Shown: positions 40,859 through 53,487 of the stretch, piece after piece
Layout of the letters: each line of letters begins with the position of its first letter
Position numbering within the stretch: the first letter of the stretch is position 1
Origin: Phaeosaccion multiseriatum
Lineage: Eukaryota; Protista; Ochrophyta, other classes
Reading direction: 5' to 3'
DNA: 64,000 nucleotides
NCBI GenBank assembly: GCA_965112735.1
Contig: OZ218952.1
Location: 2,852,001-2,916,000, forward strand
Notes under the pieces: model-generated
Told to the model about the DNA's origin: nothing
The model's database searches: none
Seen by the model: only the letters and a program-made list of their open reading frames with translations
Position numbers and translations under genes: made by a program

Positions 40859-43800
40859 TGGTGATACAGCAGCAGAAGGAGGAGGGATTGGAGGAGGCGC
40901 AGGCAGACCCAAGGCGTCGGCCTGTGCTCGCTTCACAGCCGCTTCCTCCGCTGCGACCTCTGCTTCTGCCGCCGCCGCCGCCGCCGCGTCTGCTCGACTG
41001 TGCCCATTGACGGCAGAGACGCTCAGTACGGCTTGCTCACAGTCTCCTCTGAGCTCCAGCCAGCGCACCTCACAGTTGTCCTGCAGTAGCACCACCTTGC
41101 GCGTTGCTGGGCCCGCTTGGGTGGGGAGGAACTCTACGCGAAGCATTGCAGTCTCTCCTCGGTCCAGGGCAAAGTCCGTGGGTTGGAGAGTAAAGGGGGC
41201 GAGTTTGAGTCGGGGAAGAAGCGCCTGTGCTGTGCGCGGCTCCGGGTAGTCCTCCTCCTGATGCATGTTGGAAGTTACGTGTGTATGTATGTATGTGTGT
41301 GTGTGTAGTAAGTCAGTGAAAGAGTTTGTTCGTGAGCTTCGCTGGGGAAGGATAGCATGTCGGTGCAAAATTCCGTGCCATCGACTTCGTTCTCTCCTTC
41401 CTTCCGAGAAAGAGAGCAAGGAGGGAGGAGCAAACAAGAAGGCTTGGCTGGGTGGCCTAGTTGGGTGGCCTACTTGGGTGGTCTAATTGGGTGGCCTAGT
41501 CGGGTGGCCTAGTTGGGTGGCTTGGCTGGGTGGTCTGGTTGGGTGGGTCTAGTTGGGTGGTCTGATTTCGGGTGCGGGCCTAACCTGTAGGAAGCGGAAT
41601 CGCACGGGACCTCCGGCGTTGGAGATGATAATGTCCGTTGTCTTTGCCTCGCCAAGCAGACAAGCGCCGCAGTCAAGCACTCCATCAGAGGGGAGGTCGA
41701 GCAGGGGGCGCTCCCGGTGGGCCCAGATGAAGACCGGGAAGGAGCCTGCTTCGGTTACGACGGTTACAACGTCTTCGTAGTCACCCACTCCGTCGGGGTG
41801 GAAGTCGATGAGGACGGTGGCAGACATGCCTGTCAGGGAGGGAGGGAGGGAGGGAGGGAAGGAAGGAGGAAGGGAGGGAGGGAGGGAAAGGGGGAGGAAG
41901 GGAGGGAGGGAGGGAGGGAGGGAGGGAGGGAGGGAGGGAGGGAGGGAGGGAGGGAGGGAGGGAGGGAGGGAGGGAGGGAGGGAGGGAGGGAGGGAGGGAG
42001 GGAGGGGAGGGAGGGAGGGAGGGGAGGGAGGGAGGGAGGGAGGGAGGGAGGGAGGGGAGGGACGTATATGGGGAGCAAGCGAGAGGGATAGAGGGGAGGA
42101 AGGGGGAGTGAGCGCTTGTGAATGTTGAAGGAAGGGGGGAAAGCACCTTCTGTGGGAAGCAGTTACGCCGGCGGTTACGCAGGCGGTTCCGCAGGCGGTT
42201 CCGCAGACAGAGACCGACGCACACTACGCCCGCAGCCCCGCACGTGCTCTCTTCGACTCGACACCTGAAGACGTAATGGCTATTGTCTGCCCGTCTATCT
42301 CTCTGTCTGTCTGTCTGTCTGTCTGTTGGTCCGTCTTCCTGTCTGTCTGCCTTCCTCCCTCCTTCCCTCCCTTCCTCCCCGCCTCCTTCTCTCCCTCTCT
42401 TCCCCCTACTTCCGCACAAACCTGGAGCTAGCCGTCCTCTCTTCCTCTCTTCCTCATCTGTCTCCTTCGGCAGCGGAAACCGCGTCCCCCCCTGCCCCCC
42501 CGCCACCTCCAGCCCAGGAGCAGCCTTATCCGCCGGAAAAGAGATACTCCTGAGAGAGAAGAACTCTGTGCGAGGAGGGTGCACGCGAAGGGTCCTAACC
42601 AACGCACTAATGTTGCACAAGCGAAGAGAGGCCGTGTAACCCCCTCCTGCTTCAAAGTGCAGGTACTCGACCATGGGTGGCTCGGCGAGGAAGTAGCCGT
42701 GTTCGCCTTCCACCTGATGTCAGGAGGAGGGAGGAGGAGGAGGAGGAGGAGGAGGAGGAGGAGGAGGAGGAGGAGGAGGAGGAGGAGGAGGAGGAGGAGG
42801 AGGAGGAGGAGGAGGAGGAGGAGGAGGAGGAGGAGGAGGAGGAGGAGGAGGAGGAGGAGGAGGAGGAGGAGGAGGAGGAGGAGGAGGAGGAGGAGGAGGA
42901 GGAGGAGGAGGAGGAGGAGGAGGAGGAGGAGGAGGAGGAGGAGGAGGAGGAGGAGGAGGAGGAGGAGGAGGAGGAGGAGGAGGAGGAGGAGGAGGAGGAG
43001 GAGGAGGAGGAGGAGGAGGAGGAGGAGGAGGAGGAGGAGGAGGAGGAGGAGGAGGAGGAGGAGGAGGAGGAGGAGGAGGAGGAGGAGGAGGAGGAGGAGG
43101 AGGAGGAGGAGGAGGAGGAGGAGGAGGAGGAGGAGGAGGAGGAGGAGGAGCAGTAGTACCGGGGGTCAAGTACGTAGAGGTGGAAGGGATATGACGTGAG
43201 GCAGTGAGGGGAAGTGAGAGCAGCAGTACCGAGTGTCAGGTAGTAGGGCGTGAGGGAGGGGAGGATGAGGAGGCGGGAAAGTGGCCCGTACCACTCTCTT
43301 TCCTTGTACCCAAGCACCCTTACCCTTACTCTTACGTAAGTGCCCTTCCCCTCACCTGGCCTTGCGGGGCGATGGTGCCAATCGCCTTGTCCACGCTGAG
43401 TGGATGGAGGTGTTGCTCCTCAGTCAAGAGCTTGCTATGCCACCTGACGGGAGGGAAGAGAGAATAGAGGGGTTGGGGGAGGGGGTTGAAGGCGGGAGGG
43501 ATTAGGAGGCGTAGGTGCGGGGGTCAGGATGAGACGGATGAGGGTGGGGCAAGCAGGAGGGGAGGGGCACGGGGATCAATGTGTGTGCGGAGTTGGACAA
43601 TGCCGTGTGGGAGATATTCATTTCCTTGGGATGGATTGCGTACATCCTCCGTCCCTCCCTCCGTCCGTCCCCCCCTCCCTCCCTCCCTTCCTCCTGCCTG
43701 CCTGCCTCCCTCCCTGCCTCCCTGCCTCCCTCCCTCCCTCCCTCCCTCCCTCCCTCTCCCCCTCTTCTCCCTCCCTCCCACCCTCCTAACCCTCACCTAG

Positions 43801-45230
43801 ACTTCCCGTCGTATCTGGGATGCCTCAAGAACGCCAGAGGCCTCTTCATCCAGCTCATAATATGAGCATCCGCAGCTCTCTGATCAGCCTTGATGAGGAG
43901 CTTAGCTTTCTTGTGGCGGTCCCTGCCTCCTCCCCCTCCATCACCAGTCAAGTCGTCCAAGCCCCCTCTCCCGCTGCTCTGAGTCCCCCCGTGTGTACCC
44001 GTCGTGACATGCAGAACCGGAGGCCCTCCTGCGTTAAAGTCAAAGCTATTCTCCTCCGTGAGTGCAAGCTCCCCTCTTTGATTCACTCTCTCCGCTTCAC
44101 CCGCCTTGTCCTCCATCTGCAGGAGGAGCAGCTCAGGGCCGCTCCGTGACGAAAAGTACATTTGCCCACCAGAGCCATCCCCTCCCTGCCCCTGCTGCTG
44201 CTGCTGCTTCTGTATCACCAACTGCTGCTGTTGCTGGCGCTCCTCCTCCTGCTGCTGTTGCTGCACCCGCTGTTCGTCGCACTCCTCATCAACTTGCCTC
44301 CGCCGCTGCTTGGCCGACGGCCGGTGCTCCTTCATCCCCCGCCGTCCGTAGCTGCCCTGCAACACCAAGTTCTCACGCACAGTGTTGGTGGAGGTCTGAG
44401 CGAGATACCCAGGCACTTCGGCTCGGAGTCCCATACTGGAGGACTGAGGGAGGGAGGGAGGGAGGGAGGGAGGGAGGGAGGGAGGGAGGGAGGGAGGGAG
44501 GGAGGGAGGGAGGGAGGGAGGGAGGGAGGGAGGGAGGGAGGGAGGGAGGGAGGGAGGGAGGGAGGGAGGGAGGGAGGGAGGGAGGGAGGGAGGGACGGAG
44601 GGACGGAGGGGCGGAGGGGAGGGGAAGGAAGGAAGGAAGGAAGGAAGGAAGGAAGGAAGGAAGGAAGGAAGGAAGGAAGGAAGGAAGGAAGGAAGGAAGG
44701 AAGGAAGGAAGGAAGGAAGGAAGGAAGGAAGGGTGATGAGTTCTATTCCCTGCAGAACGGATACTGACGGGAAGGAGAGAGGGCGAAGCACCACCATGAT
44801 CATCACCACCAACACTACCACCACCCGCCATTCATGCCACCCTGGGGGGAGGGGAGGCTCGATAGTAGTACAGCGGTGAGGTCAAAAACTAAACTTCATC
44901 TTGAACTCTTGTCCACCCCTCCCTCCCCTCCCGTCCCCTCTCCACCGGGTTGTTTGCGTGTGGGTGTCATCTTGCCTCTCTATGCCATACCTGGTGGTCA
45001 CTCCAGGGCATGTTGCCAGATCGCTTGAGCTGCTGTTCTGCATTCGCGCTCATGAGACTATCAGCGGTGAGGATGGTGCCGTTGACGGCGCCCAAGCTGG
45101 CGAGAGTTGTGTGGTCGAGCTCGAGATTAGACTTGCCGATGGGAAGGTGTGCGCCCATAAGCAGGCCCTTTCGCTTCAGATCATCTTCGTCGACCTGTGG
45201 GCGGTAGCAGGAGGTTTCCGAGAGGGAAAA

Positions 45231-45285
<55 letters not shown>

Positions 45286-46035
45286 GTGAGAGAGAGGAAG
45301 AGAGAGAGACAGAAGGACAGAGGGACAGAGGGACAGAGGAGAGAGAGAGCACGCGCGCGCTCCATTCCGGCAGCCTTGTACCTTGTCCTGCGCTGCCGCC
45401 TTGTGGTGCTGCTGCTCCAGATACTGGATCATGTCTGTCGCGCGCTGAAGCTTGTGATGTACATCGCTGTCTATCTCTGCCATTTGCATCTCCAAATTCC
45501 TCGTGTGCTCGTCTTTTCCCTCGTCTTCTTGCTTCTCTCCTTCACACTGCTCTTGCTGGTCCGGACTCTCCTCGTCACTGCCAGACTCCGTCTCTGGCGT
45601 CTTCTGGGTCTCGCCTTGCCCCTCCTCCCCTTCTTGCCCTGTAGCGTCGGCAGCCGCATCAGCACCACCTCCATCCGCCCCTCCCTCCTCCCCGCCCCTC
45701 GTTTCGTCAGAATCAGCGGCTCCATCGCGAGCTGGCGTCCCGCCCTCGGCCTGTCTAGCCCCCTCCTCAGGCTTGCCTCTGCCTCCACCCTCGCCCCCAC
45801 CTTCAGGAGTAGGCGCGTCTTCTGGCCCTCCGCCCGCTACTGCCAGGGCCCCCGCCGCGGCGTCATCAACCCATAGATCCTTAAATGCTGTCTGAAGGAT
45901 GTGCGCGATGCTTCCCACGGCGGCATCAGACACCGGCGCGGGTTCTTGGGGGGCAGGAGTAGGAGGGGGGGACTTGTTGTCTGTGCTCCCTCTTCTGCTG
46001 CCGGAGGAGCTGGCCCTCTTGCTCTTGGAGCTCAT
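31002..46035 (-). CDS. DLEC1: DLEC1/CFAP81 homolog (axonemal central-apparatus protein with multiple ASH/Ig-like domains), ~16 exons
   Basis: N-terminal [14 protein letters not shown] helix and FLRHPRY; then [10 protein letters not shown]...[23 protein letters not shown]...[24 protein letters not shown]...LDCGACLLG; C-terminal [35 protein letters not shown]. Approximate exons: 46035-45382, 45194-44991, 44443-43797, 43443-43356, 42713-42422, 41829-41585, 41257-37984, 37342-37210, 36706-36518, 36084-35938, ~35816-35567, 35359-35236, 35002-34913, 34297-34163, 33952-33866, 33596-31002. Confidence 0.85.
34308..34560. repeat. ~31-bp tandem repeats with a GAGTTTGAGTTTGGTGTGGA core in a DLEC1 intron
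   Basis: Two sub-families visible (…ATACATAGTAAG… and …ATGATGGTCAA…). Confidence 0.9.
34611..34780. repeat. ~53-bp intronic minisatellite (CAACATTACGTAAGTCTCAGATTGGGCTTATTCTACCCCTTTATCT...) x3
   Basis: Directly visible; related to the 12765-13090 repeat. Confidence 0.88.
36991..37170. mobile_element. Putative MITE-like insertion with terminal inverted repeats CTRGTTTTCAGT
   Basis: Left end CTGGTTTTCAGT; right end ACTGAAAACTAG (11/12 reverse-complement match). AT- and TCGA-rich interior. Both flanks carry GGTCCTGACACC (36974-36985, 37175-37186). Confidence 0.5.
37345..37720. repeat. (GGATGGCAGT/GGAT)n compound minisatellite in a DLEC1 intron
   Basis: Directly visible. Confidence 0.92.
41441..41562. 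repeat. 13-bp tandem repeat (TTGGGTGGCCTAG)n in a DLEC1 intron
   Basis: About 8 degenerate units. Confidence 0.85.
42722..43150. repeat. ~430-bp near-perfect (GGA)n tract; forms the (TCC)n pyrimidine tract of a DLEC1 intron acceptor
   Basis: Directly visible, ending just upstream (minus strand) of the acceptor at 42714. Confidence 0.98.
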
Positions 46036-46297
46036 CTTTTCTTCACTACTTTATCCCCTTCTCGGGGACTGGGCCATCTCCCTCTCTAACCCCCTCTGCG
46101 TGGCTCCTCCCTCCTTGGCTGGGCGACAGCGTAACGGCGAGGTGCTGCCTAAGAGTAAAAATTCAGTTTGACTCCCCCCCCCCCTCATTCATCCTCCTCC
46201 TTCCTCATTCCTCCTCCTCATCGACTCACTGAGAAGCAGAGTGAAAAGAATAAAGAAGAAGAGGCGGGAGAGGGCTTTCGAGCTCGGAAAGAGGCGC

Positions 46298-46722
46298 ATG
46301 GCCGACGAGAACGAAGCAGGGGCGCTGACTTCTTCCCTGGCCCTGCTCGCTCCTCTGGTCTACCTTGTGGGCGCCGTCCTCTTTACAGTAACGAGCCTCG
46401 CCCTCGGTGAGACCAAGTTTATACGTTCCCCACTCTACTCTCTGATTCTTTACCCCGCATCCCCCCCCAGAGGAATACCCTCGCCCCAAAATATCCATCC
46501 CCCCTCCTGACCCCTCCGCCCCCCTTCTCTCCTCTTCCTACTGCTGCAGCGTGGTTCGTCCTGTGGAAGCTGGTGCTCAGGCGCCAGAAGTTTGTTAAAG
46601 AGTTCTTCGACTTGGACAATAAGGACAGGGAAAAGGCGAAGGAGAGAGAGGAGGCTGCACAGCAACTGGGGGCAGGGGGCAGGCGAAGGAGCAGCGGCGC
46701 TCGGAGAAGAAAGGTGGAATAG
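46298..46722 (+). CDS. ~93-aa single-pass membrane micro-protein, SMIM13/DUF4750-like; exons 46298-46406, 46550-46722
   Basis: Spliced product MADENEAGALTSSLALLAPLVYLVGAVLFTVTSLALAWFVLWKLVLRRQKFVKEFFDLD...RRRKVE*. TM helix followed by W.vlW.lvL....fv.E motif; canonical GTGAG...CAG intron. Confidence 0.65.
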
Positions 46723-46962
46723 CACCTCGATACAACACCAAGGACACCAACTGGCTGACTCAACGATTCGGTATGGGCAAATAGGGCGTGCACGTGCCCT
46801 TATTAAGTGACCCGTTAGGCTCGGTTGGTCAATCCACCGCCGACCTGACAAGGAATAGTGCCGGTCGGACTGCCGCCACAGCACAATCCTCTCCTAACAC
46901 AACACACCAAGACAAGAGAGACTCAAGAGGCAGCAGCAGCAGCAGCAGTAGGAGGAGGAGGA

Positions 46963-47089
46963 GAAGAAGAAGAAGAAGAAGAAGAAGAAGAAGAAGAAGA
47001 AGAAGAAGAAGAAGAAGAAGAAGAAGAAGAAGAAGAAGAAGAAGAAGAAGAAGAAGAAGAAGAAGGAGGAGGAGGAGGAGGAGGAGGAG
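46963..47089. repeat. (GAA)n/(GGA)n tract immediately upstream of the IMP start codon
   Basis: Directly visible. Confidence 0.95.
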
Positions 47090-47120
47090 TACAAAGAGGC
47101 AAGAGGGTTTCGGCGGTGAC

Positions 47121-47821
47121 ATGTTCGGACGCATACTCAACCGCACAGGGCTGTGGCTGGAGCGTAACAAGGTCAAGTTGCTGGCCTTCCCCAGCCTTCT
47201 GTATGTGGGCACAGAGTACGGGGCACAGGTGCGGTCCACGGAGGGGTGCAGTATGGAGCCTACTGTCTCTGACGGCGCTTACATTATCTGTGATATGGTG
47301 AGTGAGAATAACAATCAATTGCAGAGTACTTCAGTAGGTAGAGATGAGGAGTGGGTTGTGTGGAGGGAGGGAGGGAGGGGGAGAGAGAGGGAGGGAGGGA
47401 GGGAGGGAGGGAGGGATGGAGGGAAGATGAATACAAGGTTGTCCTTACTGAACAACGCAAACCCACCATCACCCACCCACCCCCGCCCCAGACCGCAGGG
47501 TGGCGTCGTAGCTATGCCAAGAACGATGTTGTCCTTGCTCGAGACATGCGGCGGCAGGATGGGCTCGTGATTAAGCGCATCGGGGCAGTGGCTGGGGAGA
47601 CCGTCTTCGTCAAGGCGCCAGACCAGCAAGACCATGTCTCGAGAGCACTCAACATCGTCGCACCTAGGACCGTGGTGGTGCCGGAGGGGCATGTGTGGTT
47701 GGTTGGAGACAATGAAAGATTCTCGATTGACTCTCGTACCTACGGGCCTGTTCCTAGCGCTTTGATCACAGGCAAGTGTGTCAAAGTTGTCCATCGCGAC
47801 GGGTTTTTCGGGGGCAAGTGA
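47121..47821 (+). CDS. IMP1: Mitochondrial inner-membrane peptidase (IMP1/IMP2-like, peptidase S26); exons 47121-47297, 47492-47821
   Basis: Catalytic Ser in EGCSMEPT, Lys in VIKRI, box VPEGHVWLVGDNERFSIDSRTYGPVP...ITGK. IMP1 versus IMP2 assignment is tentative. Confidence 0.85.
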
Positions 47822-48674
47822 GACCCGGGGGGGTCTGTGGGGGAGGGAGAGGGGGGGGGGGGGGCAAGGCGGGGGCCAGGGTCGATGCTGACTGATTGAC
47901 TGACGGGCTGACCCTCTGATCGACGCACGGACTCTCTGACTGACTGGCTGACTGACTGACGGTCGGACGGACTGACCGACATACGACTGATTGACTTCTG
48001 GGGCCTGCCTTGAGCTTCGCGGGGGATGTCGTCCAACGCTAGCAATGGGCCTTAACCATCAGTGTAACAACATCTATCAAACATGTATTATTTAGTATTC
48101 TTCCTCCGAGTTACTTTATAGTCTATGGGCTTTCCTCTTCTCGGTAACCTAACAACCCTCGCTTGTGTTTCCGGGCTGTGTCGGGTGGACAGCAAGAAAA
48201 TGCAAACAGTTACAGATTGGATAGCGCTCCTTCCGAGACAAGACCACAGTCTCGCCCCGGGAACAGCCCCTGGCCCTTCGCCTCTGTATTTCCTCTTTCC
48301 TTTCCCACCCCACCCACCCCCCCACACACGCGCTCTCACCGTTCCCGAGTAGAAGAGAGTCCGACGCTACCGCCCCCCTCAGCTCCTCGTACAAGAGGGG
48401 TGTTTCAGTCTGGCCTGGTCCGGTCTGGGGGCAAGCACGAAGCTCCCCTCTCCTCGTTTGTCACTCTTCATCTCCGCTCCGTTCTCTATTGTATAAGTAA
48501 TGATAACAGTAAGTATCTATTTCTGACCTGAGAACTATAAACATGTTACGAAAAGGGTGACGAACCGAAGCGAGTAGGGAGCTCAGCCCCCCCGGTGTTA
48601 TATAGCAAGCAGAGCAAGCGCATCAAGCAAGAAAGTGTGCTTTTGCTGTGCGAGTTGCGAACTGCTGGACGAGA

Positions 48675-49510
48675 CTAGTGTACGCTTTCGTCCGCCCTCT
48701 GTCCTATTTGACACACAATCACCGTCGTGTCATCGACCACCTTCAAGAAGAGACAACGAGAAAGAGAGGGTGTGATTGATTGATGGTGGGCAACAGTGCA
48801 CGTCCACACACGAGGAGCAGATGGATAGATACATAGAAAGAGAGGGAGAGGGAGAGAGAGAAAGACCAGCTAACTGTGCGATTACCCTCCCCTCCCCTCC
48901 CTTCCCTCACCTGCTCTTCCTTCATCCACCGCTCATTCGCCTCTCCAATGAGCTCATGCACTGCCTCCCGGGGGTGCTCCGTTTTGAGGGCAATCTCCAC
49001 ACACTCCTGGTCCGTCATGAACTCCCAAAGCCCGTCAGTGGCCAGCAGCAACACGTGGTCACACTATTCCAAGAGAGAGAGAGCCAGAGAGAGACAGAGA
49101 GAGTAGCAGAGCAGAGGAGAGCAGGGGGGTGGGGGTAGGGAGAAGGAGAAGAGGAAGAAGAAGAAGAAACCAATCAAAGAGTGTCCGGTATGCCATCGTA
49201 TGCCCCGCCATCCTTTGCACCTCCCTCTTCTTCCTCCCTCCCTTCTCTCTCTTCCAGCCCCCCTCCAGCCCTCCCTTCCTCCCTTCCTCCCTCCCTCCCT
49301 CCCTCTTTACCTTTGGATCTAGCTCCCTAGTGGTAACGTCCGCTTCGCTGCTAACCCCTGCCGTGTGCGCAATCTTGTCTCCAAGGGAGCGAGACATGGC
49401 GAGCCCTGGTACCTCCAAATGACCTAACCAAACCCGAGGGGGGCTGTGCAGGCAGGCAGGGAAGGGGGGATAGGAGTGTGGTGGAGTCAGTCATACCTGT
49501 CTGTCCGTCC

Positions 49511-49552
<42 letters not shown>

Positions 49553-51483
49553 CTGTCTGTCCGTCTGTCTGTCTGTCTGTCTTGTCTCTGTCTGTGGATA
49601 GGATATCATCTCCTTCTCTCCTCTCTACGTGTGTGTGTCCCTGGACGCACCAGAGCTGTACCACCCTCCCCTCTCTCTTCCCACCATCTCGTCTCGGTGT
49701 CCCTCTCTGTATGACCAACACGTACCCGTCTACACCGTCGTCGTACTGAACGGCAAACACACGCCCACCTGCGGCCAAAATGCGCGCCTTCTCAGCGGGG
49801 AGGTCAGGCTTGTGGTCTCTGCAAGAAAGGAAGGGGGGAGATAGGGAGATAGGTGAGTAAGTAGGTAGGCAAGTAGGTAGGAAGGAAGGAAGGAAGAGAG
49901 GGAGGGAGGCAGGGAGGGAGGGAGGGAGGGAGGGAGGTGGGTGGGTGGGAGGTTAGATAGGTAGGAAGGTAAGAAGAAAGCAGGTAGTTTGGTGGGTCGG
50001 TGTGTAGGCAGAGAGATGGGTGGGTAGGGAGGCAAGGTGGGTCGGGAGGTCGGGAGGGAGGGAGCTGGGTGGGTGGGTGGGTGGGTGGGTAGATAGGTAG
50101 GTAGGTAGGTGAGTATATATGTACGTGGGTAGGTCGGTGGGTAGGTCGGTCGATGTGTAGGTAGAGAGATAGGTGGGTGGGTAGGGAGGCAAGGTGGGTC
50201 GGGAGGGAGGTGTGTCGGTCGGTCGGTAGGTAGGTTAGAAGGTACTTACTCTGTGAGGGCCACAGCGGTGACCTTCCCTGTGGTCTTGTCTACGCTTCCC
50301 AGAGTGACCCTCGAGTCGCCGATGTTCAGCATCGTCACACTGGTGCCCCTAACAATGGCGCACACAAATGTGGTCCCGCTGAAGTCTGTATCTATGTGTC
50401 GATCCTGGGCGAGCACAAAGATTGGCAGAAGCCGTTTGCAGAGGCAAAAGGAAGGATGAGTGTGGTGGTGGTGGTGGTGGGAGGGGGGGGGGAGGAGATT
50501 TCGGAAGGAAGAATTACTGACAGAGTGTATCAGCTGTGCTGTGCTCTTGCTGCTAGATGTTAGAGGGGGGGGGGCGAGAAGGGTTGTCCCCTCACTGGCT
50601 CGGTGTGAGGGGCCTTGGTGTTGCATATATATATATATATATCAGTCTCTCTCTCTCTCTCTGGGTGTGTGTGTGCCCAATCTGTCTATCTGTGTGCCAC
50701 ACTCACCTCTAGAATCCCCTCCTCCAGTGCTCTGATGGTCTCTTTCAGCGCCCTTACAGGGTCGTCTATCCAGTGTTCGTGGCCGAACAAGGCCGGGGGA
50801 ATCCCCTTCTTGAAAGCTTGTGCCACTTTATCACCCACCTCCCCATGACCGTCCAGCACCGCCAGATAGAGCGTACCTCTGCCCCCAATTGTGAACACAG
50901 GAGTGATGGGTGGGGAAAGGGAAAGTCAGTGGTCCAATTATCGATAGATTCTATTGGACCTTCCTATAGTAAGCAGCAGGGGGAAAGAGAGGGAGAGACA
51001 CCTCAGCGAGAGAGTGAGTGAGAGAGAGAGGGGAAACGGGAGGTACCGGAGTGAGTAGGAAGAGCCGCGACTTACGATAGACACACACAGAGAGGGGCGG
51101 TGGGGGGCAGAAGGTGATGCAGTGAGTATGAAGAGCGCGACTTACGATGCTGGGTCCTCCGCCATGATCAGGGCGTCCTGGTTCTTCTTGCGAGGGTTGT
51201 ACGGAGCATACCCCTTCTTGCTGAAGCCGGCATACGCCGAGATGCAGCTGGGAATATAATCCCCCTCATCCGCAGGTCCCTTCTTGTCTAGGTGTACTGT
51301 CTCTTGCACGTTCAGCCCCGTTATACCTTCAATCAGTTTGTTGTCAGACACGACGGACAGCCTTCGTCGAGCCTGTCGCAAATCGCCGGGGAAAGGCGCA
51401 TCTGCACCAGCGGTAGGAGAAACAGCAGAAGCAGCAGCACCAGCAGCGACCGTAGCCTCCGCCAGCTCTGCTTCGCCCTCCAT
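48675..51483 (-). CDS. Protein phosphatase 2C (PPM family), 7 exons
   Basis: Motifs KKNQDA, AVLDGHG, FSGTT, NIGDSR, DHKPDLPAEKARI, GLAMSRSLGD, LLATDGLWEF, VDDTTVIV; N-terminal RRRLS motif. Confidence 0.93.
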
Positions 51484-51643
51484 GTGTCCCTGTGGCGAGG
51501 ATCTCTTTCGGGAATATCGAATATTGGGGGGTGAAGAAGGTGTTAGTTTCAGTTTCAGCTTCTTTCCCACCTCACGGTTTCGATTCGAGGTCTTTCGAGA
51601 TCCCCTGTTTTTCCCATACTAACACTTGCATCTGGTTTCGTCT

Positions 51644-52589
51644 ATGACAAAAGGGGATGCAAGTGCGGGAGGAGCGCCGCTTCCCTCAGGAGCTCAACCC
51701 TCCGGTGTCCCTGAGCAGGAGGTGGAGGTTAATAATTTAACGGAGGGAGAGCGGGATGGGGGTGAAGAGCTCAAGGGTCCGGAGAGCGCAGAGAAATCTG
51801 ATGCAGATCAAGGAGGAGAGAAAGCTGCTGTGAAAAGGGTTGCATTCGAGCAGCCGCTGCCACCTACGAAGCTTCGCCCTTCTTCCGGATCCTCCAACCC
51901 GCAGAGAAAAGTCATTTCTCAGCTTAAGCAGGTACAAATCTTGCTGCTGCCTGTTGCTATTGGACACCGGAACACTCACCCTCTCCTCACCTCCTCTTCT
52001 CTTCCATGGAAAGGCTGACGGACAGCTTCTGGCGGACTTTGCGGTTCGATCTCTCAAGCAAATGAAGGACCGCCAGGCCTTGGAGCAATCGAGGAAGCGG
52101 GTATCGGAGGAGAAGATGAAGAAGGCCCAAGCAGAGCTGGAAGCTGTCAAAGCACAGTTGGTCATGCTTAAGCAAAAGTATGAGCCTCTCTGCAAACAAT
52201 TGACACTCAAAAAGCAGAAGCACGCATCTCTGAAAGCAGCATTAGAGCTTGGACATCGAACCGCGGGGGAAATGGGGCGGGACTGGAAAGCGAAGGTCAG
52301 AGCCGTGACCAAGGGGATGGAGAAACAGGACAAGGCGTTCGCTCGCCAACAGCGGGTGGCAGCTCGAGGCTTTTCCACGGCGCCAGGGAGCACGTTCAGT
52401 CAAAGAGCACACGCTGCTCAGCTACCAAGAGCCGCAGAGTTGACAGAGGGAGACAACAAGACTCGCGGCACCAGCACGGGAGCGGTGGGGAGGAGAAGGT
52501 TGTCTTCAGATTCAGTCTGGACGAAGGCAAAGCCACCGACAGTGTCAGGCAGCATAGAAGCGACTACCTTCCAATCCATACTCCCCTGA
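51644..52589 (+). CDS. Hypothetical coiled-coil protein; exons 51644-51931, 52014-52589
   Basis: In-phase GT-AG join (SQLKQ|ADGQLL); heptad-like segment EEKMKKAQAELEAVKAQLVMLKQKYEPLCKQLTLKKQKHASLKAALE. Confidence 0.65.
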
Positions 52590-53487
52590 TTGAGGGGACA
52601 TGCCTTAGCTCATTAGCCATAGAATTGCCTATGAATGTGTAAATAGCTCACTACTCCGTACTTGTCGCGGTCCTGTGCGGCGGTGCGGTGCCAGAACAGG
52701 CCACCGCGCAAGACCTAAACACAGCCTTCTCGTCAAAAGGGCGGCACCATCCTGCCTGCTCCACAACACAGTGCGACAATCGCCCTCCTAGTGTCTACTC
52801 CTTCTACGGAAACCCTACGCTTTCCATGGCTATGATAGCCTCTTCCCCTCCCTCCACACAGCAACAGACACCAGAGGCAGGCATGTTGCTCAACCCTCGC
52901 GCGTCTCAACGCACGGGAGAGCGTGCATGGGGGTACCTGTACCTCCGTTCCCTTCCACCACACCACACCACACCACATCACACCACACAGACTCGGTCGG
53001 GGGCCTTCGAGCGCAGAGTACGCGTGTATGACTACCTAGAGAGGAGAGTGCCAGCACTGCCTGTACTCAGAGTGAACCCTCCGCTTTGGCCCGTGCTGGT
53101 GCAGTGGACGCCCCTCGCGTCGCTTGGTGGGTCAGCCATGTGAGCCGAGAGGGAGCCGAGAGGGGAGAGTTTCGTCGCTTTCACGTCAAGAAGGCGCCCT
53201 TGCCAACGCATGGAGGGACGTAACGTCCGTCGCCTCCGAGTAGCTCCCGTCACAAGTGGGGGTTCTCCCTCCCTCCCGCCCTAGAGCTCGAGTTGGAGTG
53301 AGCTGCCTCCCTCCCTCCCGCCCCGACCCAAACCAGCCCCGTGGCTCTGGGGCTCTCGCGGTGCGCCTTGTCTCTCTCTCTCTCTCTCCTTCAAAACTGT
53401 CCTGCGGGGCGGAAGAAAGGCCCAAGGAATGAGGTTCGGAAGGAATGGGGTTCGCTCGATGCATACGAAAGGACCCCCACCCCTCGC

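Noticed and set aside
52688-53253. Small ORFs and intron-like stretches between the coiled-coil gene and ldpA
   Set aside because: No recognisable domain and weak donors; more likely overlapping 3' UTRs.
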